38,466 nt of DNA, from the IMG/VR virus record IMGVR_UViG_3300045988_129428; one strand, given 5' to 3'. Source of the DNA: a virus. The position numbers and the translations under genes are program-made. The notes below the pieces were generated by a model, which was not told where the DNA came from, made no database searches, and was given only the letters and a program-made list of their open reading frames with translations. Each line of letters starts with the position of its first letter. Position 1 is the stretch's first letter. Shown here in pieces: positions 15,848 to 25,237 of this stretch.

Positions 15848-17686
15848 TTAATCTCCTTTATAATAACTTCCTACTGTATAAACAACACATATAGAATTAA
15901 AGTTCATATTAGTATTTTCTTTGTTTTCAACATATAAAGAAAAGAAAGAAAGCTTTTTTGCTTTCTTTCTGACAATTGTTGTTTTGGGATATGTTGAATT
16001 AGTATAAACTTTAGACAATACCTGTTTATCTCCATTTTTTAATCTATATCCTATATCTAATTGAGAATTTGTAGGGTTACTTGATATAGCAACCCTTTTT
16101 ATATTCTTTTTATTTGCTATATTATTTAAGTCTAATATAACAGAGTTCCATTCCGCTTCTACATTTTTTGTATTATCTTTAAATCTATTTTCATCGCTAT
16201 TATCTCTAAACTTACATATATTTCCGTATTTATCTCCAAAATACAATTCATTATTCCACACAAACCATATTCTTACAGGTAAATTAGTCCAATAAAACCA
16301 CTCATACTGATAATTACTATATTTTGAATTACTATTAGTTGTTTTGAATCTACTATCTGCTACATAAACATGATCGTTAATTGCTAAGTAATATTTTCCA
16401 TCATTTGATATTCCTACTGCGTTCTTTAAATTAGGTTCTTGCTTCAATTTTGCATCAATATAGTAGCTCTTATGATATACATATATTTCATCTGACAAAG
16501 TTGCTGTATTTAATGCAAATACACCGTTTGCAGTTAATATCAAAGGCTCGTTTATTAATGTATCATGTGCATAATTACTTATATTTCCTTCACCTTTTAC
16601 GCTACCTTCAATATTAAATCTCTCTTCTCCATTAAATGTTGCATATCCTATTCTAAATAAAGTCGCATCTGTATCTGATACATCTTTTAATGCTGCCATT
16701 TTCCCATCGTTCAATCTGACTAATCCTGTTAGTGGTACAACTTCTAAACCTGCTACAATTGTATTATCTGCCGATATGTATGTAACATTATTAATATGCG
16801 AATAACTTATTATATTTGGCAAATCTGGGTTTCCTGCCATAAATACCCTATTGTTGGCTCCTGCATATCCATACACACACATCATACTACATTTGTTTAT
16901 TTGAGATTTATTGCTCTCAATTATTTTTTTATATTTAATTCTTACATTATCTCTATTATCTATTACTGGTTTTCCAACTGCTGAACTAAATATAACTTGT
17001 CCTTTACTTAAATCTACCCTATAATCTCCATCATTTACTTTTTTTATAACCCATTCAGCATTTTCATTCAAAACTTCTACTAATTCTACAGATGTTATAT
17101 TTGTATCGTCTAATTGATATGTTGTATCAGTTTCTGTACTTGTGAATAAATTGATTCTACTGTCTGACATCAAATTTACTTGCTCATAGATTTGACTTGC
17201 TAATCCATTAGGAGCTCTTGCTATCTGTGTTGTAGGAATATATCCTATTTCGTCTAAATATTTGACTTTATTACTACTCTCTAACAAGTTATATACTATT
17301 GCTCTTTTTCCGTCCAAAATAAGCAATTTTGAGTTAATTATAACTCCTTGTGATATAGTATTTGCTAGTCCTGTTAATATCTCTGTATAACTGCTAAAAT
17401 CTGTTTTCATTTCATATAGTTTAGTACCACAATGTACAATAAAAAACTCTCCTGACACCGTGTCTACATTCCATATTCCGTTAATGTTAGCTTTTTGTCC
17501 TAAGTAAGCTAACACTTTATATCCGTTTCTTTTTTCTATTGTTCCATTGTTATTTATAAAATTATATCCTCTAGGGCTTCTTCTTTTATCTATATCGGAT
17601 ATTGAAGAGCTGAAATCTACACCCAAAAATCCTGTTAAATTTGCTTCGTATGTTGTTGGACTTGAAGGAACATTAAAGTTTGCCAT
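15848..17686 (-). CDS. Large tail structural protein (possible nozzle or tubular protein)
   Basis: 612-aa beta-rich protein placed between the adaptor-like gene and the fibers. Assigned by position only. Confidence 0.45.
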   Translation of the reverse strand: MANFNVPSSPTTYEANLTGFLGVDFSSSISDIDKRRSPRGYNFINNNGTIEKRNGYKVLAYLGQKANINGIWNVDTVSGEFFIVHCGTKLYEMKTDFSSYTEILTGLANTISQGVIINSKLLILDGKRAIVYNLLESSNKVKYLDEIGYIPTTQIARAPNGLASQIYEQVNLMSDSRINLFTSTETDTTYQLDDTNITSVELVEVLNENAEWVIKKVNDGDYRVDLSKGQVIFSSAVGKPVIDNRDNVRIKYKKIIESNKSQINKCSMMCVYGYAGANNRVFMAGNPDLPNIISYSHINNVTYISADNTIVAGLEVVPLTGLVRLNDGKMAALKDVSDTDATLFRIGYATFNGEERFNIEGSVKGEGNISNYAHDTLINEPLILTANGVFALNTATLSDEIYVYHKSYYIDAKLKQEPNLKNAVGISNDGKYYLAINDHVYVADSRFKTTNSNSKYSNYQYEWFYWTNLPVRIWFVWNNELYFGDKYGNICKFRDNSDENRFKDNTKNVEAEWNSVILDLNNIANKKNIKRVAISSNPTNSQLDIGYRLKNGDKQVLSKVYTNSTYPKTTIVRKKAKKLSFFSLYVENKENTNMNFNSICVVYTVGSYYKGD

Positions 17687-17687
17687 A

Positions 17688-18119
17688 CTAATATACCTCT
17701 TCTATACTTTCTTGATTTTCTACATTGATATATAAATCTTGTAATCCTACTTCAAATTCATTTCTATATGCGGTCGCCTGTGATATATCATCATCTTTAT
17801 ATAACTGACTAGCAATATATAAAGGAATTAGCACACAAGCTTCTTCTGGTAGTTCTATTTCGTAAGCATCTTTCGTTGTATTATCTATTTTAGTAATACT
17901 CGTTTTATTATATTTTTTATTTTCCTCATCATACTTATATAAGTTCATTACATATGGTTTAATTCTCTGTATAGCTTCATTTGCGACTGCTGGCATAGCA
18001 CTCAAGTACCATTTACAGTCATCATCATTTCTTAATTCTGTCAAATTGTTTACTGTTATAGGCTCATCTTTTGCAAACATCTTTTGTAGTGATATTATTT
18101 GTATTTCTCCCCAAGTCAT
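17688..18119 (-). CDS. Putative head-tail adaptor or head completion protein
   Basis: The ATG at 18119 lies 7 nt after GGAGG; the track start at 18131 is GTG. Assigned by position downstream of the capsid gene. Confidence 0.4.
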   Translation of the reverse strand: MTWGEIQIISLQKMFAKDEPITVNNLTELRNDDDCKWYLSAMPAVANEAIQRIKPYVMNLYKYDEENKKYNKTSITKIDNTTKDAYEIELPEEACVLIPLYIASQLYKDDDISQATAYRNEFEVGLQDLYINVENQESIEEVY

Positions 18120-18184
18120 ATTTTCCTCCACTTCTGCTAGAATCGAACTAGCTTATTCCTTTTAAAGTGATATATTAGGCTAGA

Positions 18185-18403
18185 TTATACTAGCCCTGCA
18201 TTTCTTAATTGCTCAAAAACTGGTCTTGTTACATCAGTTTCTTCGCCTCTTACTATTTTTGCATATTTTTCATTAATACCTACAATGATTTCTTTATCCT
18301 GTGGGTTTAATTTATCTATCGGAATCAATATTTTAATTGTTTCTTCGTTCTTATTCTCTTTTTCTGTTTTCTTTATTTCTTGTTCAATTTTTTTAGTAGC
18401 CAT
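18185..18403 (-). CDS. Small Lys/Glu-rich virion-module protein
   Basis: RBS GGTGGAG. 72 aa, located between the capsid terminator and the adaptor-like gene. Confidence 0.55.
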   Translation of the reverse strand: MATKKIEQEIKKTEKENKNEETIKILIPIDKLNPQDKEIIVGINEKYAKIVRGEETDVTRPVFEQLRNAGLV

Positions 18404-18450
18404 TTTTTCTCCACCTTTCTTATTCTCTTTTTCTGTTTTATAAAAATGAA

Positions 18451-18466
18451 GGGGCTTTTACGCCCC
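18451..18466 (-). terminator. GC-rich hairpin terminator just after the major capsid gene
   Basis: GGGGC-6 nt-GCCCC, followed on the minus strand by TTCATTTTTAT. Confidence 0.6.
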
Positions 18467-18472
18467 CCTGTG

Positions 18473-19435
18473 TTAGGCTTTTACACCTGTTTCAACTCTT
18501 ACTAAAGCAAGAGGTTGAGTAATAACAGCTGTAAAACAGTTTTTCCAACCAACACTTGCTCTTTGGTTTAATGGATCTGAAGTACCTGCAGAACCGTTAG
18601 GTTTTACTATAATTTCAGGCTTTCCTGCTCCACCTTCTAGGTCAACACATGCATAAGCATCTTTACCATATGCGTACGCAATATGTACAGCTATCTTTGT
18701 GCTCTCTGCTGAACTATTAACAACAGATAAGTTAGTTGTCTCAAAGAATTTCATACCATGCATTTTTCCAAGTTCGCCTTTAACCATTTGTTCTGGTTTT
18801 GCATATTTAGAAACATCAACCCATGAACTATCACTCATTAAATCATAAGCGATGTCTGGGTCAACTTGCATGTGATAGAAGCCATCTGCAAATCTTTTAG
18901 CATTTGCATTTTTTAATTTTCTTACAATTTTTTTGATGTCTTCTGCAGTTAAATTTTTAGTTGTAGCAGATTCTAATCCTGCTCTTGTTGTTGCACTTCC
19001 AGCAAAATACACATTTGTGCCTCCAGCAATCGCTGTTTGAATACGAGTATCAACAACATTTCCTGCTTCTTCTCCAAGTAATTCTGAGGTTTCAGTAATA
19101 ACAGGGTCAATACCTGTCATTTGAATTAAGTCAGAAAATTCTACGAAGTCGCCTTCTTGTGCAACAGTTGCTGTTACTGTTGTAATATTTAAGTTGTTTC
19201 CGTCTGGTGTTTTACCTTCTGTTAAAGAAGATGTTGGTGCAGTTAATGAATTAAATTTTCTAAAATTCATTGTTCTACCTGAATTTTTAGGTAATTTTTT
19301 CTTCATTGCATCCTTATAAAAGTTTAGTTGTGGTAATAATCTTGTTAATAGTGTTTTCTCATAAAAAGTCTTATCCTCTGCTGATAATTGATTTTGGTTT
19401 GTTACATTGGTTATAACTTGTGTTTTTGTAGCCAT
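18473..19435 (-). CDS. Major capsid protein (HK97 fold, N4-gp56-like family by N-terminal pattern)
   Basis: RBS GGGAGG. 320 aa, follows the scaffold gene. LPKNSGRTMNFRKFNSL and TEGKTPDGN resemble N4-gp56-type capsid proteins. Confidence 0.7.
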   Translation of the reverse strand: MATKTQVITNVTNQNQLSAEDKTFYEKTLLTRLLPQLNFYKDAMKKKLPKNSGRTMNFRKFNSLTAPTSSLTEGKTPDGNNLNITTVTATVAQEGDFVEFSDLIQMTGIDPVITETSELLGEEAGNVVDTRIQTAIAGGTNVYFAGSATTRAGLESATTKNLTAEDIKKIVRKLKNANAKRFADGFYHMQVDPDIAYDLMSDSSWVDVSKYAKPEQMVKGELGKMHGMKFFETTNLSVVNSSAESTKIAVHIAYAYGKDAYACVDLEGGAGKPEIIVKPNGSAGTSDPLNQRASVGWKNCFTAVITQPLALVRVETGVKA

Positions 19436-19499
19436 TTTAATTTCCTCCCTTATTTTTAATTTTTTGGCATTAAAAAATAGCTACTTATCTTGTAAGTAA

Positions 19500-20312
19500 C
19501 TATTTAAGTTCGCCGTCTTTGGCTTTTTGAATATATTTCTCAAATTGTTCATTCGACATACTGTTCCAGTCTAGGTCTTGAACTTCTGTATCTTCAATTG
19601 CACCTGGTGTAGTCGAATTATTAGCTACAATTTGCTTTGCTGTATCAACTGATTTCTTTTCAAACTTGCTTATGAATTTTTGATAGTCTTCATATATTTG
19701 TGCTAGTGACACAGTACCTATCTTTCCACTTGCAAAACTATTAAAGTCCTCGTCTTTAGTAAGCTCTTGTAGCTTCTCAACTGAATATTTATCAACAAAA
19801 TCTTTAGTATCATTTTGATACCAAATCTCTTGTTTGCTTTGTTCTTCAGCTTTTATTTTGGCTTCAGCTTCTTTTCTAGCTTTGTCCTTTTGAAGTTCCC
19901 TATAGCCTGTTATAGGGTCTTCTCCTTTTGAATCTAATTCATACATATCTAGGTATTCTTGTACGTCGTATTCATCTTTGATAATTTGTCCTGTATAAGG
20001 ATTGTTTCTTCCAATGTATGATTGTACCTTACCTTGATTCAGTCCTTGCTCGTATGCTTCTTTTCTTGCCTGCTCAATCTGCTTTTTAGCATCTTCTTGA
20101 GCTTTTCTACGAATACTTGCATATTTTGCATTTTCTTCATTAGATTGCTTTTCTGTCTCTTGTTCTTCTTGCTCTTCTACCTCTTCTACTTGCTCAGTAT
20201 CTTGTTCAGAAACTTGCTCAGTAGTTTCAGTTTCATTAGCAGTATTTTCAACCACTTCTTCTTGTTCAGCGACTTCAAGATTGTTTACGCTTTCATTTAC
20301 TTCTTCTTCCAT
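19500..20312 (-). CDS. Scaffolding protein
   Basis: 270 aa, very acidic Glu-rich N-terminus and coiled-coil. Positioned between the portal and capsid genes. Confidence 0.55.
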   Translation of the reverse strand: MEEEVNESVNNLEVAEQEEVVENTANETETTEQVSEQDTEQVEEVEEQEEQETEKQSNEENAKYASIRRKAQEDAKKQIEQARKEAYEQGLNQGKVQSYIGRNNPYTGQIIKDEYDVQEYLDMYELDSKGEDPITGYRELQKDKARKEAEAKIKAEEQSKQEIWYQNDTKDFVDKYSVEKLQELTKDEDFNSFASGKIGTVSLAQIYEDYQKFISKFEKKSVDTAKQIVANNSTTPGAIEDTEVQDLDWNSMSNEQFEKYIQKAKDGELK

Positions 20313-20404
20313 AAGTATCCTTTCTATTATGAGATTTTTACGCTATTCACTGCGAATTTATATAAAAAAATAACTCTGTAGAGAGTTACTGTTTATATCA
20401 TTGT

Positions 20405-22150
20405 TTATTGCCCTGCATTTGCAGATACTGGTGTTTCTGCTTGTTGAATTATTTGCATCACATACTGTAATATTTGTGGGTTTTGCGCTATTTTCTGACT
20501 TATTTCAGGTGGTAATAATTGTTTCTTTCTTATTTCTTTTAGTTTAGCCTTAAATGGCATTGCTGTTTCTGGATATAAATCTATATAATCATCAAATGTT
20601 ATATCTCCTCTTTGTAACGCTTGTTCCAATAAATTGATTGACAGACTCTCACTATATGCACTTCCTGGTCCAACGTCTACAGTTGTCTCAAAGTCTATAT
20701 CTCTATATATCGCTCCATTAAACACATTGGTTTCTACATTGTTATCTTCTTCTACCATATACTCCGTATCAAAATTATAATAAGCCTTAAAGAATTGCTC
20801 CCATACTCTTGCTATTTTTTCGTGTACTCTCCAAAATCTCTTTTGAATATCTTCAATAGGTACTTTAGCTTGTGTTTGTAGTGCTACTATAGCGCTACCG
20901 CTCATATTTTTACCTAGCACTTCTCCATTTGCCACTTCTGTTGCTCCTGTAACAACTCTTGTTACTTCTAATAACTTGTCTGATATGGTTATAGGCATAC
21001 TACTAAAAGCTGGTGGATTTAAGTACTTAATTCCATTAAACATGGGGCTATAATCTGTTATTACTTCTCCTGGTTTATTTGTTATTGTCTTACCCTGCAG
21101 TGCTCTCGGATGTAATATAACTTTAGGAAATCCCATATTTTGGCTTGCCATTTGCATCATTGCATAATTAAAGTTAATAGCTTTTTGCGTAGGGATAAGT
21201 TGTTCTACTTCTCCTATACCATAAATGCTTTTTTCTCTTTCCTCGTGGTTTCCTACCACAATAGGATATAATGACATCTTATATTGAGAATGTTCTGGTT
21301 TATCTATATCAACTGCCTCGTTGTCTTCGTTCGTCTTATCTTCTTCATCTATATCTAACTTAACTTTTGTCGCATCTGGCGTTAATGGTGTTTCAGGTTG
21401 TACTATCATATTTTTACAACTTTTAATATAATATACTTCCCCATTTTTCCTAAAATATCGTGTAAGCACTGTCGCATATTCTTCTCCGTCTTGCTCTTCA
21501 TAATCGTAATTTCTCTCGCTGTCGTCATCAGATGTTATTAGTTCTATTTCTGTTTTGCTTATTCCATTTTTCTCTGCTATCTTTTTTAGTGTTTGTACAT
21601 TCTCTCGACTTTGAATAATAATCCACTTTTGTTTTTGCTCGTCTTTTTGCTTTGGATTAGCAAATACGATGTTTAAACAGTCTATTATTTGACCATTTAG
21701 CCCACCATCAAATTTTGCCATTCCAGTTGTGCTTTCTCTATCCCAGAAGTAATGAAATACATAAGTTCCTTTTTTAAGCCCGTCTAATATTGCTCTGTCG
21801 TCTAAGTCTTCTTGTTTAATCTCTTTTCTGATATGATTAGCAAAACTAGTAAAAGCACTAGCTCCCTTAGTTGCTATGTCTGACTGATCTTGACTATATA
21901 CTAATGGTTTATATATTGTTGATATTTTACTCGATAGGATATTTGCTTTTTTACCATTTACTATATATTTAATAATGTTGATTACCGGCCTTGGCATATT
22001 CTTTGTTTTTTCTGTCGCTTGTGGCCATTGCCTTCCTTCAAAGAAATCTACGCTTTGTTCACAAGTTTCTTTTAATCTCAATTTCTTTTGATAAGCTAAA
22101 CCTTGTTCCCAGTCGTTCCAAATTTTACTTGCTAATTCTTCTCTAGTCAT
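20405..22150 (-). CDS. Portal protein
   Basis: RBS AAGGAGAG. 581 aa, downstream of TerL. N-terminal FFEGRQWP motif is typical of portal proteins. Confidence 0.75.
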   Translation of the reverse strand: MTREELASKIWNDWEQGLAYQKKLRLKETCEQSVDFFEGRQWPQATEKTKNMPRPVINIIKYIVNGKKANILSSKISTIYKPLVYSQDQSDIATKGASAFTSFANHIRKEIKQEDLDDRAILDGLKKGTYVFHYFWDRESTTGMAKFDGGLNGQIIDCLNIVFANPKQKDEQKQKWIIIQSRENVQTLKKIAEKNGISKTEIELITSDDDSERNYDYEEQDGEEYATVLTRYFRKNGEVYYIKSCKNMIVQPETPLTPDATKVKLDIDEEDKTNEDNEAVDIDKPEHSQYKMSLYPIVVGNHEEREKSIYGIGEVEQLIPTQKAINFNYAMMQMASQNMGFPKVILHPRALQGKTITNKPGEVITDYSPMFNGIKYLNPPAFSSMPITISDKLLEVTRVVTGATEVANGEVLGKNMSGSAIVALQTQAKVPIEDIQKRFWRVHEKIARVWEQFFKAYYNFDTEYMVEEDNNVETNVFNGAIYRDIDFETTVDVGPGSAYSESLSINLLEQALQRGDITFDDYIDLYPETAMPFKAKLKEIRKKQLLPPEISQKIAQNPQILQYVMQIIQQAETPVSANAGQ

Positions 22151-22152
22151 CG

Positions 22153-22365
22153 TTACTCTCCTTTCACTTCTCCAGTCATATACTCGTCATATATATTTGT
22201 TTCTTGATTTGTTTTTTCTGGACCGTTTAGCCATTCGTTGAAAATCTGTTCTGCTGATGCTTGTTTTTCTGTTGCTTCTTTCTTGTCTGTTTTTTCAACA
22301 ATTGTTTTGTATATAAATGGTGCTATTCCTAACACATAACCTACTACTACTGCTATTAATACCAT
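22153..22365 (-). CDS. Small membrane protein
   Basis: N-terminal TM helix MVLIAVVVGYVLGIAPFIY. Overlaps the TerL 3' end by 10 nt. Confidence 0.5.
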   Translation of the reverse strand: MVLIAVVVGYVLGIAPFIYKTIVEKTDKKEATEKQASAEQIFNEWLNGPEKTNQETNIYDEYMTGEVKGE

Positions 22366-23702
22366 ATATCTTCATCCTCCTCTTCTGTTTGTAATTCAAA
22401 AGGTAACTCTTGTTTTTTTTGCATAAAAATAGGCTCTTGTGTCCAATAAACACAAAAACCTCTTATTGCATCCACAGAATGCGTCAACTCGTGTGGTTCG
22501 TTTGCTATATCTCCAACTCTTTTCTCATCATGTTGTACTTGTGGCAAACATCTTATTAAGTTCTTACAAGTATTAAATATTTTTAATCTAGCTGTCATAC
22601 AACCTTGTTCGTCTTTATACGGCTTTAGCCATTCTTTCATTTGAAGCCAACCCTGTATTCTATCATTGTTTGTTTTATATAGTGTTACGTCTCCCTCTTC
22701 AAATATATCTGCTGTGCTCTTACCTGTTTCTTTGTGTCTATTCCAAAGGTCTGGTGGTGCTAAATACAAATATATCGGTTCGTTTGTCATTTCTTTTATT
22801 TTATCTCTAGCTTGTGATACTAATAAATTACTTTCGTAGACCTCTCTAAACACATATGCGTTATTATTATAATCTACCGCTATCCAATAACCAGCTAACT
22901 TATCTAATCCATAGTCCATTGCAAAATAGATATACCAGTCTTTTGGTATTTCAAATGGTTCTATTACATGTATATCTCTTTTAAATTCTGTAAAGAATTG
23001 TCCTTCAAATATATCCCAGTCGCCATAAAGCATTGCCTTTTTTCTATCTTCTGGTAAACTCTCTAATGCTTTTACATAGTCAGGATCATTCTTCATTATA
23101 TATTCATTCTCATAAACCAATGCTGGAATAAAGTTATATTCTTCTGGATTTTCATTTTCTGTATAATCTCTATCTATAAACAATCTTTTAACCCACGCGT
23201 GTCCAACTCCACCAGGGTTACAAGTCAAATACATTCTTGGCTTAATTTGTTTTTTGCATTGTCCTGATAACCTGTTGCTTTCTTTTAAGCAGTTGAATTG
23301 AAACTCTGTAAAATGTGTAGCTTCTTCAATGAATATTGCCTCATATGCTTGTCCTTGATATTGAAGTACATCTGCTTCATTATCGCAATATCCTAATACA
23401 ATTCTACTGCTATTAGGGAAATCAAATACTTTCTCTTGACTTTTGTATTGAGCTATTCTGTCGTTTTGCTTGCATTTTAATTCTTTCTGTAATGGCATTA
23501 CATGATTTTCTCTAAGTTCATTTAGTGTTCTTCTTAAAAGTAATATTTGAATACCCGGATAATATAATGCTAACAATACAGCTTTTATTCTTGCTACATA
23601 TGACTTGCCTCCACCTCTTGCACCACCATAGCAAGTATATTTTGCTTTACTTTTACAAAATTCTTCTTGCTTTGGATACAATTTAGGTACAATATATTCC
23701 AT
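22356..23702 (-). CDS. terL: Terminase large subunit
   Basis: Walker A YGGARGGGKS, Walker B-like AIFIEEATHF, and a C-terminal nuclease-type region. Its start overlaps the TerS stop (TAATG). Confidence 0.9.
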   Translation of the reverse strand: MEYIVPKLYPKQEEFCKSKAKYTCYGGARGGGKSYVARIKAVLLALYYPGIQILLLRRTLNELRENHVMPLQKELKCKQNDRIAQYKSQEKVFDFPNSSRIVLGYCDNEADVLQYQGQAYEAIFIEEATHFTEFQFNCLKESNRLSGQCKKQIKPRMYLTCNPGGVGHAWVKRLFIDRDYTENENPEEYNFIPALVYENEYIMKNDPDYVKALESLPEDRKKAMLYGDWDIFEGQFFTEFKRDIHVIEPFEIPKDWYIYFAMDYGLDKLAGYWIAVDYNNNAYVFREVYESNLLVSQARDKIKEMTNEPIYLYLAPPDLWNRHKETGKSTADIFEEGDVTLYKTNNDRIQGWLQMKEWLKPYKDEQGCMTARLKIFNTCKNLIRCLPQVQHDEKRVGDIANEPHELTHSVDAIRGFCVYWTQEPIFMQKKQELPFELQTEEEDEDIWY

Positions 23703-24205
23703 TATTGCGATAATTCCTCTACTTTCTTATCCATTTTTATATTTATATCTGTATTTGATGTGCTTTCTCCTTTGGCTAGTGCACGTTTATCATACATTGT
23801 TCCTATTGCTACTGCCAATTCTTTTAAACTATACAACTGCATTCCTGCTATTTTAGCAACTAATGCTTTTTTCTTTGTCTCGTTCATTTCTTTTTTATCT
23901 GTCATCCATATCTCATCGATTATTTCTTCTAACTCATTTTCATGTTCTGTTGCTAAATCTATTCTTTGTTCCATTAAATTTGTTGCCTTGTTTATTATTC
24001 GTGTAGCTGTTTCCGCAAATTCTTCCTTTTTTTGTATGCATAGTTTTGTAAATTCTTCTTTGTCTTTATTCTCTTTATATATTTTTTCTACTGTCTTTAC
24101 AGGTATGTTTAATTGTCTTGATGTTTCGTTGAAATTATTTGTACTAAACATACTTATCATTATCTTATATATAGTTTCATTATCTGTTTTCTTCCCTTTT
24201 GCCAT
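23702..24205 (-). CDS. terS: Terminase small subunit (HTH N-terminus)
   Basis: The ATG at 24205 follows GGGTGA; the track start at 24214 is GTG. Position and size fit TerS. ETSRQLNIPVKTVEKIY looks like an HTH. Confidence 0.55.
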   Translation of the reverse strand: MAKGKKTDNETIYKIMISMFSTNNFNETSRQLNIPVKTVEKIYKENKDKEEFTKLCIQKKEEFAETATRIINKATNLMEQRIDLATEHENELEEIIDEIWMTDKKEMNETKKKALVAKIAGMQLYSLKELAVAIGTMYDKRALAKGESTSNTDINIKMDKKVEELSQ

Positions 24206-24321
24206 TTTATTCACCCACTTTGTTTTGTCTTTATTGTAGCTTCATCTACTTCTTCTATGGTCCACTTTGTACCATTTATTCTAAATTCCATATTATACTC
24301 CTATTTATTTCTTTAACATAT

Positions 24322-24351
24322 AAAAAGAGACACTGAAATAATCAGTGTCTC
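24322..24351 (-). terminator. Rho-independent terminator of the GC-rich gene
   Basis: GAGACACTG-7 nt-CAGTGTCTC, followed on the minus strand by TTTTT. Confidence 0.75.
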
Positions 24352-24359
24352 CGTTTTGA

Positions 24360-24587
24360 CTACTTTTTGTAGTGCTGCCCGTTTCTGTTTACTCCCTCGT
24401 GAGAGTGTCCGTCAGGGCTGCTGGAGTCGGGGAAATATACGTTGATAGAGTTCGGAGTTTCCTTGATAGTGCCACTCCCGCAAGGATAAGTGAACTTACC
24501 TATGCCTGCGTCCAGGATGTCATCCTCGAGAGTCTGCTGACCCTCTTTGCTGGTTCCATACGAACCATCCCAATAGTCTTTTCCCAT
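24360..24587 (-). CDS. Compositionally foreign 75-aa Gly/Ser/Asp/His-rich protein (inserted accessory gene)
   Basis: AGGAGG lies 7 nt before the ATG at 24587. About 51% GC by hand count over 24401..24580, against 20% in the next 60-nt line. Codons end mostly in C/G, unlike the rest of the window. Confidence 0.65.
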   Translation of the reverse strand: MGKDYWDGSYGTSKEGQQTLEDDILDAGIGKFTYPCGSGTIKETPNSINVYFPDSSSPDGHSHEGVNRNGQHYKK

Positions 24588-24653
24588 AGTAGTCCTCCTG
24601 CACATTTGTGCGTCCGAATTGTTAATAATGTACCGTATTGTACATCATTACTT

Positions 24654-24682
24654 ATTATAGCACTTTATTTTAGTTTTGTCAA
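24654..24682 (-). promoter_or_regulatory. Perfect consensus promoter driving the GC-rich gene
   Basis: Minus strand: TTGACA (24682..24677), 17-nt spacer, TATAAT (24659..24654). Confidence 0.75.
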
Positions 24683-24847
24683 TTATGTAAATCTTTTTTC
24701 TTCCTTATCTTCACATATAGGTTTGTATTCACATATATTACATTGCTTTTCATCTTCGACAACGCACTTTTGTGTCTTCTTGTTTGCGTATGCTTTTCTT
24801 ATTTTGTATTCCTCATCGATGTATGACGCTATTATACTACCTCTCAT
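24683..24847 (-). CDS. Possible 54-aa Cys-containing protein
   Basis: The ATG at 24847 follows AAGAGGT. Four Cys residues (KC..7..CNIC..5..C). Below the ORF-track size cutoff, so found by hand. Confidence 0.35.
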   Translation of the reverse strand: MRGSIIASYIDEEYKIRKAYANKKTQKCVVEDEKQCNICEYKPICEDKEEKRFT

Positions 24848-24948
24848 CTAAATACCTCTTTTGTGTTTATATTATGCTCTATGTAATGCTATTTACTTTA
24901 AGCCGTTATCAGCTAAATAAGTTCTGTAGCACTACATACAAAATAATA

Positions 24949-24977
24949 GCAAAAGAAGCATATTATTAGTATGCTTC
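24949..24977 (-). terminator. Rho-independent terminator ending the leader downstream of the late-activator gene
   Basis: GAAGCATA-7 nt-TATGCTTC (24955..24977), followed on the minus strand by TTTTGC. Confidence 0.6.
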
Positions 24978-25140
24978 CTCAGAAACTCCTTCTACTACTT
25001 GGTAGATGAGTAAATTGCAATATGTAAGGGATTTTAATTTTATTTTCAACGCAGGTATCCCTACTTTATACTGCGCATATCTAGGAGCGACCTAGCTACT
25101 GGTATAATAATTTATTTAGTATTATTATTATCTTTTATAT

Positions 25141-25226
25141 GGCACATTTCTGTGCCTGCCCGCTTGATAGGGCAAAGTTTAAGGAGCTAGATTTCTCTAA
25201 CTCCTTTTTGACCTACTACTATTTTA
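25141..25226. other. Cluster of three GC-rich hairpins
   Basis: GGCACA-tttc-TGTGCC; TGCCC-8 nt-GGGCA; GGAGcTAGA-tttc-TCTAaCTCC followed by TTTTT on the plus strand. Confidence 0.5.
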
Positions 25227-25237
25227 ACACATTTTTT

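Noticed and set aside
24211-24291. 26-aa ORF MEFRINGTKWTIEEVDEATIKTKQSG directly upstream of terS (RBS AGGAG), whose start resembles that of some phage zincin-like proteins
   Set aside because: It is too short to evaluate. It could be a coupled leader ORF or a gene remnant, but there is not enough evidence to annotate it.
24932-24961. Mini-ORF MLLLLLFCM with five consecutive Leu codons inside the leader terminator (possible attenuation leader peptide)
   Set aside because: The RBS-like GAGGAAG is 12 nt away. The ORF starts inside the terminator stem, and T-rich sequence gives Leu/Phe codons by default. Most likely coincidental.
24372-24969. Plus-strand ORFs of 159 aa and 65 aa across the GC-rich patch
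   Set aside because: Long open frames on both strands are expected where stop codons are depleted by higher GC. Only the minus-strand frame has an AGGAGG RBS, a consensus promoter and a terminator.
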